A DNA stretch of 64,000 bases from an uncultured cyanobacterium (GTDB lineage: Bacteria; Cyanobacteriota; Cyanobacteriia; Cyanobacteriales; CAWCAG01), in NCBI GenBank assembly GCA_963803805.1, contig CAWDOD010000009.1:96001-160000 (forward strand), written 5' to 3'. Below are positions 9,517 to 21,610 of this stretch, piece by piece. The translations under genes and the position numbers were made by a program. The notes under the pieces are model-generated. The model saw nothing but the letters and a program-made list of their open reading frames with translations, had not been told where the DNA came from and did no database searches. Numbering within the stretch: the stretch's first letter is position 1; every line of letters begins with the position of its first letter.

Positions 9517-11466
9517 CTATCTATTGCTAAACAAACTGCATTGCTGATACTTCCCTAAAGCAGTTAAGGGAAAGTTTTGCCGATAAAGGTGATAGCGAAT
9601 GTAAAAATGGCTAGGAAAGCCTGTACCTGTAAACTCTGCTTCTTCCCAACTGCCATCGGTTTGTTGAGTGGTAATTAAATAATCAATGCCTGCGGTGATT
9701 TCTTCTTGATACCAATTACCCGTTGCTTCCCCAGCAGCCATTAAACCAATTAATGCCCAAGCTGTTTGCGAGGCTGTACTTACCCCTTGCCCTTTTAAGC
9801 GGGAATCATCATAACTGCGACAGGTTTCTCCCCAACCGCCATCAAAGTTTTGACAACTTGCTAACCAGGCTGCCCCCCGTTCAATTACTTTACCCTGGCT
9901 TTGGGGAGCAATGAGTGCCAATGCAGAGAGTACACCACTTGTACCGTAGATGTAGTTTACTCCCCAACGCCCAAACCAACTACCATCAGCTTCTTGTTCT
10001 TTAATTAAATAGGCGATCGCACTGTCAATTTTTTCTTGACTTAAATCACTATTGCTGGTTGTGTAACTTTCCCCTAATCTACCCACCATTTCTAAAACCC
10101 TGGCTGTTACATCGGCGGTATTGGGGTCAATCATCGCCTTCAAATCAGCATAGGGTAAGTAGTTAAGCCAATTTTGGTTATTATTAAGGTCAAAAGCTGC
10201 CCAGCCAAAATCTTGACATTGCATAGAGGCTATCCAATTCAGGGTACGGGCGATCGCCGCTTGTTTTGACTCTTCGTTAGGCAATTTAACACCTTTGAGT
10301 GCCATCACCACAACTGCTGAATCATCCACATCAGGATAAAAGCGGTTAGTAAATTCAAAAGCCCAAGCCCCCGGTTTGCCTCTTTTGTTCTTAACTGCCC
10401 AGTCACCATAATCGAGGATTTGTTGTTTTAAAAGCCATTCTCCCCCCTTAACCAAAGCGGTATGATCCGAGGCTAATCCTGAATCTACCAAAGCACGCAT
10501 AGTTAAAGCCGTATCCCATACCGGAGAGACACAAGCTTGTACTCGATAGCTATCTTCTGTTTCAATGGCAAAGTTGTCAATAGCTTGCAAACCCCTATGG
10601 ATAATAGGGTCAGCGGCATTGTAATTTAAAGAACGCAGTGCCAATAAAGAGTTCAACATCGCAGGGATAATGCCTCCCCAATCCCCCGTTGTTTCCTGCC
10701 TTTCTAACACCCACTTCTCTGCCGCTTCTAACCCAGCTTCTCGCCAAGGAACCAGGTTGAGACTCTCTCCCAATTTAAACAGGTTGTCTAGTTGGACAAA
10801 AATATCCGTCCAATCCCCGCTGCGAGGCAATTCGTAGCGAACATTGTTGATGCTTTCTGTGTATAGTTCATCTAAATTAATTGCTGGGTTAATCTTAAAT
10901 ACTGGTTTGCGGTCAAATACAATTAATAAAGGAACAGTACTTCCCCTTGCCCAACTAGACATTTCATAAATGCTAAAAGGAAAGGGAATAGGATCACCTA
11001 AAAACATGATCCAAGGGGGAATAGAAGGAATACCGCGCCAGTCATAACAACCAATTAAAGCCAGGTGGAATTTAGTAAAAATACGACTCTTACTAATCCC
11101 ACCTTGCTGAACAATAAATTCTCGCCCCCTAACTAAATCAGGATCACTTGCCGGAACCCCCAACAACCGCAAAGCCAAATAAGCTTCCACCGAAGTACTC
11201 AAATCTCCCCCATCACCATAAAATAGTTCCCAGCCGCCATGTTCGGTTTGTTGAGAAAGTAGGTACTTTTTAGCCTTATGTAAAGCCCTGGTAGTATCTG
11301 TTCCCCAAATTTTATGGAGTAAAATCGCCTCAGCAGTGATAGTTACATTAGATTCTAATTCTGCCCACCAATAACCTTGAGGATCTTGGAGAGAAAGTAA
11401 ATAATTCTGACTAGCTGCGATTGCTTCTTGAATTTGAGAGTTGCTAGTTTGGTTTTGAAGTTGCAT
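9517..11466 (-). CDS. shc: Squalene-hopene cyclase
   Basis: YPDVDD (DxDD) motif, QW repeats (QEADGSWFGRWG, QNFDGGWGE, QQTDGSW); probable start MQLQN at 11466. Confidence 0.95.
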   Translation of the reverse strand: MQLQNQTSNSQIQEAIAASQNYLLSLQDPQGYWWAELESNVTITAEAILLHKIWGTDTTRALHKAKKYLLSQQTEHGGWELFYGDGGDLSTSVEAYLALRLLGVPASDPDLVRGREFIVQQGGISKSRIFTKFHLALIGCYDWRGIPSIPPWIMFLGDPIPFPFSIYEMSSWARGSTVPLLIVFDRKPVFKINPAINLDELYTESINNVRYELPRSGDWTDIFVQLDNLFKLGESLNLVPWREAGLEAAEKWVLERQETTGDWGGIIPAMLNSLLALRSLNYNAADPIIHRGLQAIDNFAIETEDSYRVQACVSPVWDTALTMRALVDSGLASDHTALVKGGEWLLKQQILDYGDWAVKNKRGKPGAWAFEFTNRFYPDVDDSAVVVMALKGVKLPNEESKQAAIARTLNWIASMQCQDFGWAAFDLNNNQNWLNYLPYADLKAMIDPNTADVTARVLEMVGRLGESYTTSNSDLSQEKIDSAIAYLIKEQEADGSWFGRWGVNYIYGTSGVLSALALIAPQSQGKVIERGAAWLASCQNFDGGWGETCRSYDDSRLKGQGVSTASQTAWALIGLMAAGEATGNWYQEEITAGIDYLITTQQTDGSWEEAEFTGTGFPSHFYIRYHLYRQNFPLTALGKYQQCSLFSNR

Positions 11467-11521
11467 ATTTTTGTGCTTTGATGCTTTGGCTATATTTTGC
11501 AGGAGACTGTGAACAATATTT

Positions 11522-11992
11522 TTACTTTCTAATATCTTCAAATTGAAGGGCATCTGCAAAACGATTTAAGTGTCTTACATTCTCAGTCGCAATCACTACA
11601 TAACGCCCAGGATTATTTCGTTTCAAAACTCTAAATTGAGCGCAGATTATTATATCTATGTTAATATCTACTTCTGGCGCTGTAGGGATTCCTTGAATAA
11701 GAGACTCTGCCCAGATTTCCGCAGCAATGTCTAATTCTTCACCTGTGATTGAAAGGAATTCAATTTCGTTTCTCAATTCTTCTAAACGCTTAATTCCTTC
11801 ACTATTGCTCTTATTTCTTATCTGTTCTAATATCAAACTTCTTTTAACCTCATATTTGCAAATTTCTGAGGTTATGATTGTAGCGCCCCTGGCCATAACT
11901 CTATAAAGCCACCTTTTGCATTTTTGAGATTTTTCTGAAGGATTAGGATTGCATAAATAACCCAAAACTCCTGTATCTAAAAAAATAATCAT
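11522..11992 (-). CDS. PIN-domain (VapC-like) toxin/nuclease
   Basis: IFLDTGVLG, YEVKR, DIIICAQ, IATENVRHL acidic PIN motifs. Confidence 0.85.
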   Translation of the reverse strand: MIIFLDTGVLGYLCNPNPSEKSQKCKRWLYRVMARGATIITSEICKYEVKRSLILEQIRNKSNSEGIKRLEELRNEIEFLSITGEELDIAAEIWAESLIQGIPTAPEVDINIDIIICAQFRVLKRNNPGRYVVIATENVRHLNRFADALQFEDIRK

Positions 11993-12858
11993 TCCTGCGA
12001 AAACACTTTTTGTCCAGGTAATCTGTAACTATCAACAATTTCTTGGAAATCCTCAAAAGACTTTCTCGATTCAGGTGTTTCCTCTTTTAATTCATCTTCT
12101 TTTATCCATCTTGCCAAAGTCTTCAGAGCAGACTGATTAGCCTTGGCAGGGTTTTCTCTATACCATTCTTCTAACCATTCTAACTGTTTAATTCCAGCTA
12201 GAGAAGTTCTTCTTATGGCAACTACGTTGTTATGTGAATCTCTTTCTTCTGGAATCTCTTCTATTTCTTTTAAGGCTTCTCTAAAAACGTCTGAAAGCAA
12301 GTCTTTTAAATCTTTATCTAAGACAAATTTGCTTGAAACCTGCATTTGCATAGCCCTATAAAGCCCGCCTTCAAAAAAATCAACTGCTGTATAGAGCGCA
12401 CCTAAATACAGATTTTTGTTAGAACCTTGTTCTTTTAGTCTGTTAACTTGAGATATCCAGTACAAACCTCTGTATAATTCGGTGTACAAGCAAGATTCCA
12501 AGTACAAATACTCTATATCTTCTGCTAAATCGACTTGAATATTATCTTTATTTTCTTCTTGGAACTCTAACAAAAACTGCATCAATTTAGATAGTTGATC
12601 AGACTTGCTTTCAAAGCTTTCTTGTGCAGTAACTTTTTGAGTATAAGCAGTGATTTTATTTGCTAGTTTAGATAATACTTGATTGTCAGTTTGCTTAATT
12701 TCTAGCTTGAGGTTGTCTTTGAGCAGATCAACTTTAGCTTTGTCTAATATGCTCTGTAACATCTCTATACCTAATACTAAAAGACCTAGTACTGATTCTA
12801 CCGAATAACCATATACAGTTAATAGTCTAAGTTTTGATTCTACTATTTGATTATTCAT
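11989..12858 (-). CDS. Hypothetical protein, putative antitoxin partner of the PIN gene
   Basis: ATGA stop/start overlap with the PIN gene; acidic C-terminus resembles small cyanobacterial PIN partners. Confidence 0.55.
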   Translation of the reverse strand: MNNQIVESKLRLLTVYGYSVESVLGLLVLGIEMLQSILDKAKVDLLKDNLKLEIKQTDNQVLSKLANKITAYTQKVTAQESFESKSDQLSKLMQFLLEFQEENKDNIQVDLAEDIEYLYLESCLYTELYRGLYWISQVNRLKEQGSNKNLYLGALYTAVDFFEGGLYRAMQMQVSSKFVLDKDLKDLLSDVFREALKEIEEIPEERDSHNNVVAIRRTSLAGIKQLEWLEEWYRENPAKANQSALKTLARWIKEDELKEETPESRKSFEDFQEIVDSYRLPGQKVFSQE

Positions 12859-12941
12859 AGAACAGAATAATCATAAAAACACCGAGTGATAGTATCTATA
12901 GAGATGTTCTGACAAACATCTCTACTACTAAAAAAATAGAC

Positions 12942-14897
<1,956 letters not shown>

Positions 14898-15027
14898 CTA
14901 ATATCTGACTTTCTTATACCAAAATCTTCAAAAATTCTAACACAAAAGGGTTCAAGACTGCTCTAGACCAATCTCAAGGTAGATTAGTGAAGAGGTCTAT
15001 CCCTTGTTTTACCCTCGGTTATAATTA

Positions 15028-15909
15028 ATGCTTATCGTTATTTGCGGTGCTACCGCTACGGGAAAGTCAGGTTTGGGAGTTAAATTAGCTCAAAGACTTA
15101 ACTCAGTGATTATCAGTGCTGACTCTCGGCAGGTATATAAAGAGTTAAATATCGGTACTGCTAAGGCTTCAGAGATTGATAGAGCAAATGTACCACATTA
15201 TTTGCTTGATATTTGTGAACCGACAGAAAGCTTAACTGTAGCTGAGTACCAGCAAAAAGCTCAAGCTTTAATTGCTGATTATCCTTGTCCCCTTTTAGTG
15301 GGAGGAACGGGACTATATATTAAAGCAATAGTACGGGGATTAATTGTACCAAGAGTTGCTCCCCAACCTCAACTGCGATTACAACTCGAATCTTTAGGGC
15401 AAACTCAACTATATACTTTCTTGTCCCAAGTAGATCCTCTTGCTACCAAAAAAATCCATCCTAACGATTTAGTAAGAACTTTAAGAGCGTTAGAAGTTTT
15501 TTATGTTACCGGAGTTCCTATATCTAAGCAACAGGGAGAAAATCCTCCTAACTATCCGATTTTGCAGATTGGTTTAGATTGCGAGCAAGAAGTTTTACAT
15601 CAACGTATTCGTGATCGCACCACAAAAATGCTCGAAGCAGGTTTGGTAACTGAAGTGGAAAAGTTAGTACAGAAATATGGTTGGGATTTACCTTTATTAA
15701 ATACTTTGGGATATGGCGAAATCAAACAATTTTTAGTCGGTAAATTATCTCTCCAACAAGCAGAAGATTTAATTGTTCTCCATACGCGCCAATTTGCTAA
15801 GCGGCAAAGAACTTGGTTTCGGAAGTATCCTGAAATTGAATGGTTTGATGTTAATTGTTCGGACTTATTAGAGCAAGTATGGTTGAGGGTGGAATCAGAT
15901 TTCAGATAG
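15028..15909 (+). CDS. miaA: tRNA dimethylallyltransferase
   Basis: GATATGKS, DSRQVY, IGTAK, VGGTGLY, AKRQRTWFR. Confidence 0.96.
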   Translation: MLIVICGATATGKSGLGVKLAQRLNSVIISADSRQVYKELNIGTAKASEIDRANVPHYLLDICEPTESLTVAEYQQKAQALIADYPCPLLVGGTGLYIKAIVRGLIVPRVAPQPQLRLQLESLGQTQLYTFLSQVDPLATKKIHPNDLVRTLRALEVFYVTGVPISKQQGENPPNYPILQIGLDCEQEVLHQRIRDRTTKMLEAGLVTEVEKLVQKYGWDLPLLNTLGYGEIKQFLVGKLSLQQAEDLIVLHTRQFAKRQRTWFRKYPEIEWFDVNCSDLLEQVWLRVESDFR

Positions 15910-15994
15910 TGATTTGGTACATTGATAATGTCAATAGAGATAGAGATAGTTATACTTTATATCTCAGACTTTAAATTGGTTTAAAGCAATTTTA

Positions 15995-17065
15995 ATGCCT
16001 AACAACTTACTTCAAATTACCGAACAATATTTGCAGGAATTTGTTGCCCCCCAAGCAGACAAAATAGATAAAGATAGCCAAGCCTTAGCAATCGCTTTAC
16101 GAGGCATGGGCGATTGCAACTTACTTGCTTTGCGAGTATCTCAAAATTGGGGTGGCGGTGGCTTTAGTACCAAAGAATTCCGGTTATTTCAAGAAATCAT
16201 TTCTCGTTATTCTGGTGCATTAGCTTTTCTGCAAACTCAACATCAAAGTGCCGCTTATCGTTTGATGAAAAGTAGCAATGAGTTTTTGAAGCAAAAGTAT
16301 TTACCTTTCACCCCTTCGGGTGAAATATTATTAGGTATTGGTTTTTCCCATGTACGTCGCCCCGGAAAACCCATCGCTAAAGCATTTCCCGTAGCTGGAG
16401 GCTATCGTTTAGAAGGAAAGATTCCTTGGTTAACTGGTTTGAGTTTTTTCCATCACTTTATTATTGGGGCAACTTTACCTAATGGAGAGGTTGTTTATGG
16501 CATGATGCCCTTTCAAAATAGCCAGCAAGAAGAAGGAGGTGAGATTAGCTTTTCTCCTCCTCAAAAACTAGCAGCAGCGAACTCTACAAATACAGTTAGT
16601 GCTACCTTGCAAAACTGGTTTTTACCCCAACAACAAGTAGTTTCTTTACAGCCAGCAGGAAAGATTCATCAACAAGATAAAAATAATGTTTTACAACAAG
16701 GTTTTTATAGTTTAGGTTGCGCCAGGGCAGGGCTTGATATTATGGTGGCAAGCTATGATAAAAAACGACTTTCTTTTATTAAAGAAGCTTTCCTTACTCT
16801 GGAACAAGAATTAATTGAACTGAGAGAAAAGATGTTAAAAGCTGAGGGAGATACAGAACTATCTTTTGATGTCAAACTAATCTTAAGAGCTAAAGCCATT
16901 AACTTAGCTGGACGTTGCGCCCAAGGTGCAGTAGCAGTATCTAGTGGTGCTGCTAATTATGAAAATAATCCTGCTCAAAGAGTTTATCGAGAAGCTTTGC
17001 TATTTGCCGTTTCTGGACAAACTACCAATGTCATGGCAGCAACATTAGATAAATTAATTAACTAA
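15995..17065 (+). CDS. Acyl-CoA dehydrogenase family protein
   Basis: ACAD-like architecture; GYRLEGKIPWLTG, C-terminal PAQRVYREA. Confidence 0.8.
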   Translation: MPNNLLQITEQYLQEFVAPQADKIDKDSQALAIALRGMGDCNLLALRVSQNWGGGGFSTKEFRLFQEIISRYSGALAFLQTQHQSAAYRLMKSSNEFLKQKYLPFTPSGEILLGIGFSHVRRPGKPIAKAFPVAGGYRLEGKIPWLTGLSFFHHFIIGATLPNGEVVYGMMPFQNSQQEEGGEISFSPPQKLAAANSTNTVSATLQNWFLPQQQVVSLQPAGKIHQQDKNNVLQQGFYSLGCARAGLDIMVASYDKKRLSFIKEAFLTLEQELIELREKMLKAEGDTELSFDVKLILRAKAINLAGRCAQGAVAVSSGAANYENNPAQRVYREALLFAVSGQTTNVMAATLDKLIN

Positions 17066-17174
17066 AAAAGAGCGGTTTAGGGGCTGAAAATTACTTACAA
17101 AGCCTTTGCTTATTAGAATGACATTTTATCTAAGCTATCTGTAAGTTAAATCGGAAATTTATAGAGGGAATAAG

Positions 17175-17885
17175 ATGCAAGTTGAACAGAAAGAAATAAC
17201 AATTATTACTTCTGACGGAGAAATGCCCGCTTTTATGTGTTTTCCTACTGAAAATAGCCGTAAACCAGCCATAGTACTGCTAATGGAGGCTTTTGGATTA
17301 ACACAGCACATTAAAGATGTAGCTCTTCAAATTGCTGACGAGGGTTATGTCGTCATTGCACCCGACTTATATTATCGTGAATTGCCAAATAATAAATTTG
17401 AATATGATGAAGTGGAAGAAGCGATGGCCATGATGTGGCAACTCGATTTTGGCAAGCCAATGGAGAACGATATTAAGGCAACTTTGAGCTATATTAAATC
17501 TAGAGTAGATGTCTATCCGAATCGAGTGGGTGTTACAGGATTTTGCTTAGGTGGTGGTCTTACTTTTTTTACTGCTACCAACTTTTCGGATCAAATCGCC
17601 GTGGCTGCACCTTTCTACGGTATGGTTTTTGATGAGTGGCTCGAAGCAGTTAAAAATATTTCAATTCCTGTATATTTATTTTTTGGTGGAGTAGATCAGT
17701 TTATTCCTAGTGATCGCATCAAGCAAATTGATTCCCGATTTAAAGAACTCGATAAAAACTACAGGTTAAAAGTTTATCCAAATGCAGGTCACGGATTTTT
17801 CTGTCACGAACGTTCTTCTTATGATCCCTTAGCTGCTAATGACTCCTGGCAAGAACTTATGAAGTTTTTTCAGGAATATTTGTAA
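17175..17885 (+). CDS. Dienelactone hydrolase family protein
   Basis: EAFGL, APDLY, GFCLGG nucleophile, AGHGF. Confidence 0.9.
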   Translation: MQVEQKEITIITSDGEMPAFMCFPTENSRKPAIVLLMEAFGLTQHIKDVALQIADEGYVVIAPDLYYRELPNNKFEYDEVEEAMAMMWQLDFGKPMENDIKATLSYIKSRVDVYPNRVGVTGFCLGGGLTFFTATNFSDQIAVAAPFYGMVFDEWLEAVKNISIPVYLFFGGVDQFIPSDRIKQIDSRFKELDKNYRLKVYPNAGHGFFCHERSSYDPLAANDSWQELMKFFQEYL

Positions 17886-18025
17886 AAAGGGATGGAATAA
17901 TTTGGCCAATAATTTTAGATACTATTTCGATTTTCAATTCTGTGCATAATCTGAAGTAAGTGGTAGTAGGTTAGCGATCGCGTTACTATTTTGAGATGTA
18001 GTCCCCCATACATTTTGATACAAAA

Positions 18026-18379
18026 ATGGAGCCAGATTCTCTACCAACGGAGCTTATTCTGACGCACCCTCGTCAGAAACTTGGGAAAATTAGTCTTGAC
18101 TGGATACCGCAACCAGGCAATTATCTTGATTTTGCCGGTAAAACCTATGCTGTTCTAGAACGTCACCACCATTATCAATATAAGCTTAGTGGTTACCGTT
18201 TACAGAAAGTTTCTCTCTACGTTCAATCCGCCAAAACACCTACAGAAAAAAGTTATATAGAAGGACGTTGGGTAATTGGTGATGCGAAGTGCAATTTTAA
18301 TGCTAAATCAGAACTTGTCCGTTGTGCGGTTAATCCGGAAGGCCCCTGTGAAGGGTGTCGATTTTTTGAAGATAGCTAA
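18026..18379 (+). CDS. Conserved cyanobacterial protein (DUF6464-like, Cys-rich C-terminus)
   Basis: IGDAKCNFNA...RCAVNPEGPCEGC motif. Confidence 0.7.
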   Translation: MEPDSLPTELILTHPRQKLGKISLDWIPQPGNYLDFAGKTYAVLERHHHYQYKLSGYRLQKVSLYVQSAKTPTEKSYIEGRWVIGDAKCNFNAKSELVRCAVNPEGPCEGCRFFEDS

Positions 18380-18434
18380 TTGCTAGTAGTTTTGACCTTT
18401 CTTGCTTCCACCTCAATTTAAAATAGAAAGACCA

Positions 18435-19691
18435 TTAATTGCCGATAAAACTTAAGAAGTTTCCTACTAGGTAAAGGGAGCCGCAAAGGACAATTAATCT
18501 TTTGGGGTTGTTGTTCCCCTGTAAAGCTGTTTCTAAGGCTGCTAGGAGATTGCTGAAGGTTTGGCAATCCTTTAAATTGGGGCAGACCTCGGTGGCTAAA
18601 GAAGCTAAGTCTTCCGGGTTAGCTGAACTGTGGTCAGGTACAGGTACTAAGTATAATTGCTCCGAAGGTCGTAATAAAACTTGGAAAATATCTTTATGGT
18701 CTTTGGTGCTTAACATACCCATAACCCAGGTAATGTTAACCCCTAAACTATCAACATATTGCCGTAAAGATTTAGCTGCGGCAGTGTTATGTGCGCCATC
18801 AATTAAAATATTTCTCTCACGCCAAGTTAGCCATTGCAACCTTCCCTCCCAGGTAGTTTTGGCCATACCATCTTGAATAGCCTTTAAAGGAATCTGCCAA
18901 CCTTTGCTTTGTAGAGTTTTGAGAGTTGCGATCGCCAAAGCCGAGTTAGTTAATTGAATGTTACCTTGTAAGGGTAAAGGGTAGTTAATTCCCTGATAAC
19001 TTGCCCCTCTAATCCCGTTTTCCAAAGTAATTTCTTGGGCTGGTTTAATCCAAACAGCAGGACAATTTAACTCAGTAACTCGCTTCGCCACAACCTCCTT
19101 TGCTTCTGGCGGCAAAACACCAATTACCGCCGGACAACCTAACTTAAGAATACCAGCCTTTTCCCTAGCAATATCTGCTAATTCAGGTCCAAGGCGTTGC
19201 CAATGTTCTCGACTCAGGGAAGTTATTACACTAACCAAGGGATCATTACAGACATTAGTTGCATCTAACCTACCTCCCAAACCTACTTCTACCACCGCAA
19301 CATCAACCTGAGATTGGGCAAAATATAACCATGCGGCTGCTGTAATAACCTCAAACTGAGTCGGACTTTCTTGGTTTGGTTCAATGACTGCTTGAATTTT
19401 TAGTAGTAGTTCCTGTAAAGTTTCTGAGGCGATGGGCTGTTCGTTAAGGCAGATTCTTTCTGTCCAATCTACTAAATGAGGAGAAGTATAGCGCCCAACG
19501 CAATAACCAGCCGTGGTTAATACAGAGGAGAGGTAAGCACAAACCGAACCCTTACCATTAGTCCCTGCCACATGGATAATTGGTACATTTTGATGAGGGT
19601 TGCCTAATTTTGCTAACAGCCGCTCAATGCGTTCTAATCCTAGATGAACACCGAAGCGCTGAAAAGATTGAAGTAAGGAGTCTATTGTCAC
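18435..19691 (-). CDS. folC: Folylpolyglutamate synthase / dihydrofolate synthase
   Basis: HVAGTNGKGS, YTSPHL, EVGLGGRLDATN, DGAHN, GSLYL. Confidence 0.95.
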   Translation of the reverse strand: MTIDSLLQSFQRFGVHLGLERIERLLAKLGNPHQNVPIIHVAGTNGKGSVCAYLSSVLTTAGYCVGRYTSPHLVDWTERICLNEQPIASETLQELLLKIQAVIEPNQESPTQFEVITAAAWLYFAQSQVDVAVVEVGLGGRLDATNVCNDPLVSVITSLSREHWQRLGPELADIAREKAGILKLGCPAVIGVLPPEAKEVVAKRVTELNCPAVWIKPAQEITLENGIRGASYQGINYPLPLQGNIQLTNSALAIATLKTLQSKGWQIPLKAIQDGMAKTTWEGRLQWLTWRERNILIDGAHNTAAAKSLRQYVDSLGVNITWVMGMLSTKDHKDIFQVLLRPSEQLYLVPVPDHSSANPEDLASLATEVCPNLKDCQTFSNLLAALETALQGNNNPKRLIVLCGSLYLVGNFLSFIGN

Positions 19692-19725
19692 TCTTTGCTT
19701 AGTAGATTAAATAAGATTGTTATAT

Positions 19726-20496
19726 ATGAGCGAGCAAAAGTTACGTAACTGGTTAAAAAAAAACTTAGGAATTACTCCTGAAGACTTACATAAGTATAAA
19801 ATGGCCGTTACGATGCAACAATATGAAGTTTTAGAATTTTTCGGCGATTCTGTTCTCGGTTTTATTGTTGCGGAATATTTGGTTACTCAGTATAAATTTA
19901 TTGACCAGCCGGGTCTATTTACTCATATTAAAGCTAAGCTCGTTAAAAATCAAAACTTAGCTGAGATTGCCAAAAAGATTGATTTAGCTTCTTTGGCTGT
20001 AATACCTAGCACCAGCAATAGGGAACAAATTGGCGAACAAATGCTAGCTGATATGTTAGAAGCCTTACTCGGCGCTACTTATTTAGATTATGGCTTAGAA
20101 ACTTGTCAAGAAATCATTAAAAAACTATTCAACTTAGAACAGATTACCTTAAGAGAATTAATGGTAGGTAATCAACCCAAGGTTTATAATCCTCGTGAAT
20201 TAAGAAAACAAGTAGAAGCTAAAGTTAAAGAAGAAAATATATCTTCTGTACAGCATAAAAATCCTGTTTCAGCCTTACAGGAGTTTTTAGCAAAAAAAGG
20301 GGAATCCCCACCAGAGTATATAGAGATTAAAAGGATGGGTGAACCCCATTTACCCACTTTTACCATTAAAGCAAGTTGTCGGTTCGGAGGTCGAAATTTA
20401 TCGGCACAAGCCCAGGGAAAGAAATTAAAGGAAGCGAAAAAAAGCGCGGCTTATAAGTTATTAAATAGAGTTTTGAAATTATATTCGGATTCTTGA
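19726..20496 (+). CDS. Ribonuclease III family protein (RNase III domain + dsRBD)
   Basis: EVLEFFGDSVL signature, ADMLEALLGA, C-terminal NPVSALQE...KEAKKSAA dsRBD. Confidence 0.85.
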   Translation: MSEQKLRNWLKKNLGITPEDLHKYKMAVTMQQYEVLEFFGDSVLGFIVAEYLVTQYKFIDQPGLFTHIKAKLVKNQNLAEIAKKIDLASLAVIPSTSNREQIGEQMLADMLEALLGATYLDYGLETCQEIIKKLFNLEQITLRELMVGNQPKVYNPRELRKQVEAKVKEENISSVQHKNPVSALQEFLAKKGESPPEYIEIKRMGEPHLPTFTIKASCRFGGRNLSAQAQGKKLKEAKKSAAYKLLNRVLKLYSDS

Positions 20497-20622
20497 TCAA
20501 TGAATAGAAAGCTGAGTAGTCTCAACTTCTTCTCTGTTCCCCGTTCCCTAAATAAAGAAATATTCCTGCAATGATATAATATAGGTTTGTGAATTTTCAT
20601 TTGTCTAGGAGAATTACAGTTC

Positions 20623-20760
20623 GTGAGTAAGCGTACCTTTGGCGGTAGCAACCGTAAGCAAAAGAGAAAATCTGGTTTCCGTAAACGAATGCGGACAAAA
20701 ACTGGCCGTCGAGTTATCAACGCTCGCCGCAGTAAAGGAAGACAACGCCTTGCTGTTTAA
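20623..20760 (+). CDS. rpmH: 50S ribosomal protein L34 (absent from ORF track)
   Basis: GTG start; [45 protein letters not shown]; directly upstream of rnpA. Confidence 0.95.
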   Translation: MSKRTFGGSNRKQKRKSGFRKRMRTKTGRRVINARRSKGRQRLAV

Positions 20761-20805
20761 GCTAAGGCCTCAAGCTATTTTATTCAAACTTTCAGCACCT
20801 GCCCC

Positions 20806-21168
20806 GTGGGATTGCCCAAAGCAAACCGACTCAGACACAGAAAAGACTTCCAGCAAGTTTACCGCAAAGGAATTCGTTGCTCAGGGGGTTATTTAACTCT
20901 AAGAGCTTGGCAAGAATTCCCCCAGACAGAGATAATACCTAGTCGATTTGGTATTTCTATTAGTAAGAAAGTTAGCAAAAAAGCAGTGGTTCGTAATCGT
21001 ATTAAAAGGCAACTTAAAGGGGCTATACGCGAATTACTAAAACAAATCTCCCCAGGCTGGAAAGTAGTCTTAGTGGTTAAACCAGAAGCGCGAGGATGCG
21101 AATATGAACATTTTTTGCGAGAATTGAAGAAGTTATTGACAAAAGCTGAGGTATTACATGGGCATTAA
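20806..21168 (+). CDS. rnpA: Ribonuclease P protein component
   Basis: RFGISISKKVSKKAVVRNRIKR motif. Confidence 0.95.
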   Translation: MGLPKANRLRHRKDFQQVYRKGIRCSGGYLTLRAWQEFPQTEIIPSRFGISISKKVSKKAVVRNRIKRQLKGAIRELLKQISPGWKVVLVVKPEARGCEYEHFLRELKKLLTKAEVLHGH

Positions 21169-21550
21169 AGAAGAAACTTTTTATGAAGGAGGGCCTCACG
21201 TCGGCGATCTAATTATCGGAATTCTATTAGGCTTTACTGTTATCTGCTTGCCCTTAACTGTAGGAGCAATAGTCCGCGCCCTTTGGTTGAGATACCGAAT
21301 CACCGACCGCCGCATCTCGATAACTGGGGGATTTAGAGGCCGCGATCGCATGGATATTATTTATTCAGAAGTTATTAAAGTAGTTAAAGTTGCCAGGGGT
21401 GTTGGACTGTGGGGAGATATAGTTGTTACCCTCCGAGATAAGAGTCGTTTAGAAATGCGGGCAGTTCCTAACCATCGGGAAATTTATAATTACATAGCCG
21501 AAAAAGCAGCAGCGAAAACAGGTAGACCCGTCGATGCAATTAAAAGTTAA
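21158..21550 (+). CDS. Membrane-anchored bacterial PH-domain protein
   Basis: N-terminal TM helix, RYRITDRRI motif; conserved position between rnpA and yidC in cyanobacteria. Confidence 0.8.
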   Translation: MGIKEETFYEGGPHVGDLIIGILLGFTVICLPLTVGAIVRALWLRYRITDRRISITGGFRGRDRMDIIYSEVIKVVKVARGVGLWGDIVVTLRDKSRLEMRAVPNHREIYNYIAEKAAAKTGRPVDAIKS

Positions 21551-21610
21551 CGGCTCAAGTAAGTAATAATAATCACAGATCATTAATCAATAATTACTAA
21601 TAACAGACGA

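Noticed and set aside
11467..11559. N-terminal extension of shc in the ORF track
   Set aside because: It overlaps the PIN gene and is non-homologous; MQLQN at 11466 is the more plausible start
20451..20896. Minus-strand ORFs of 89 and 85 aa
   Set aside because: Antisense to the real rpmH and rnpA genes
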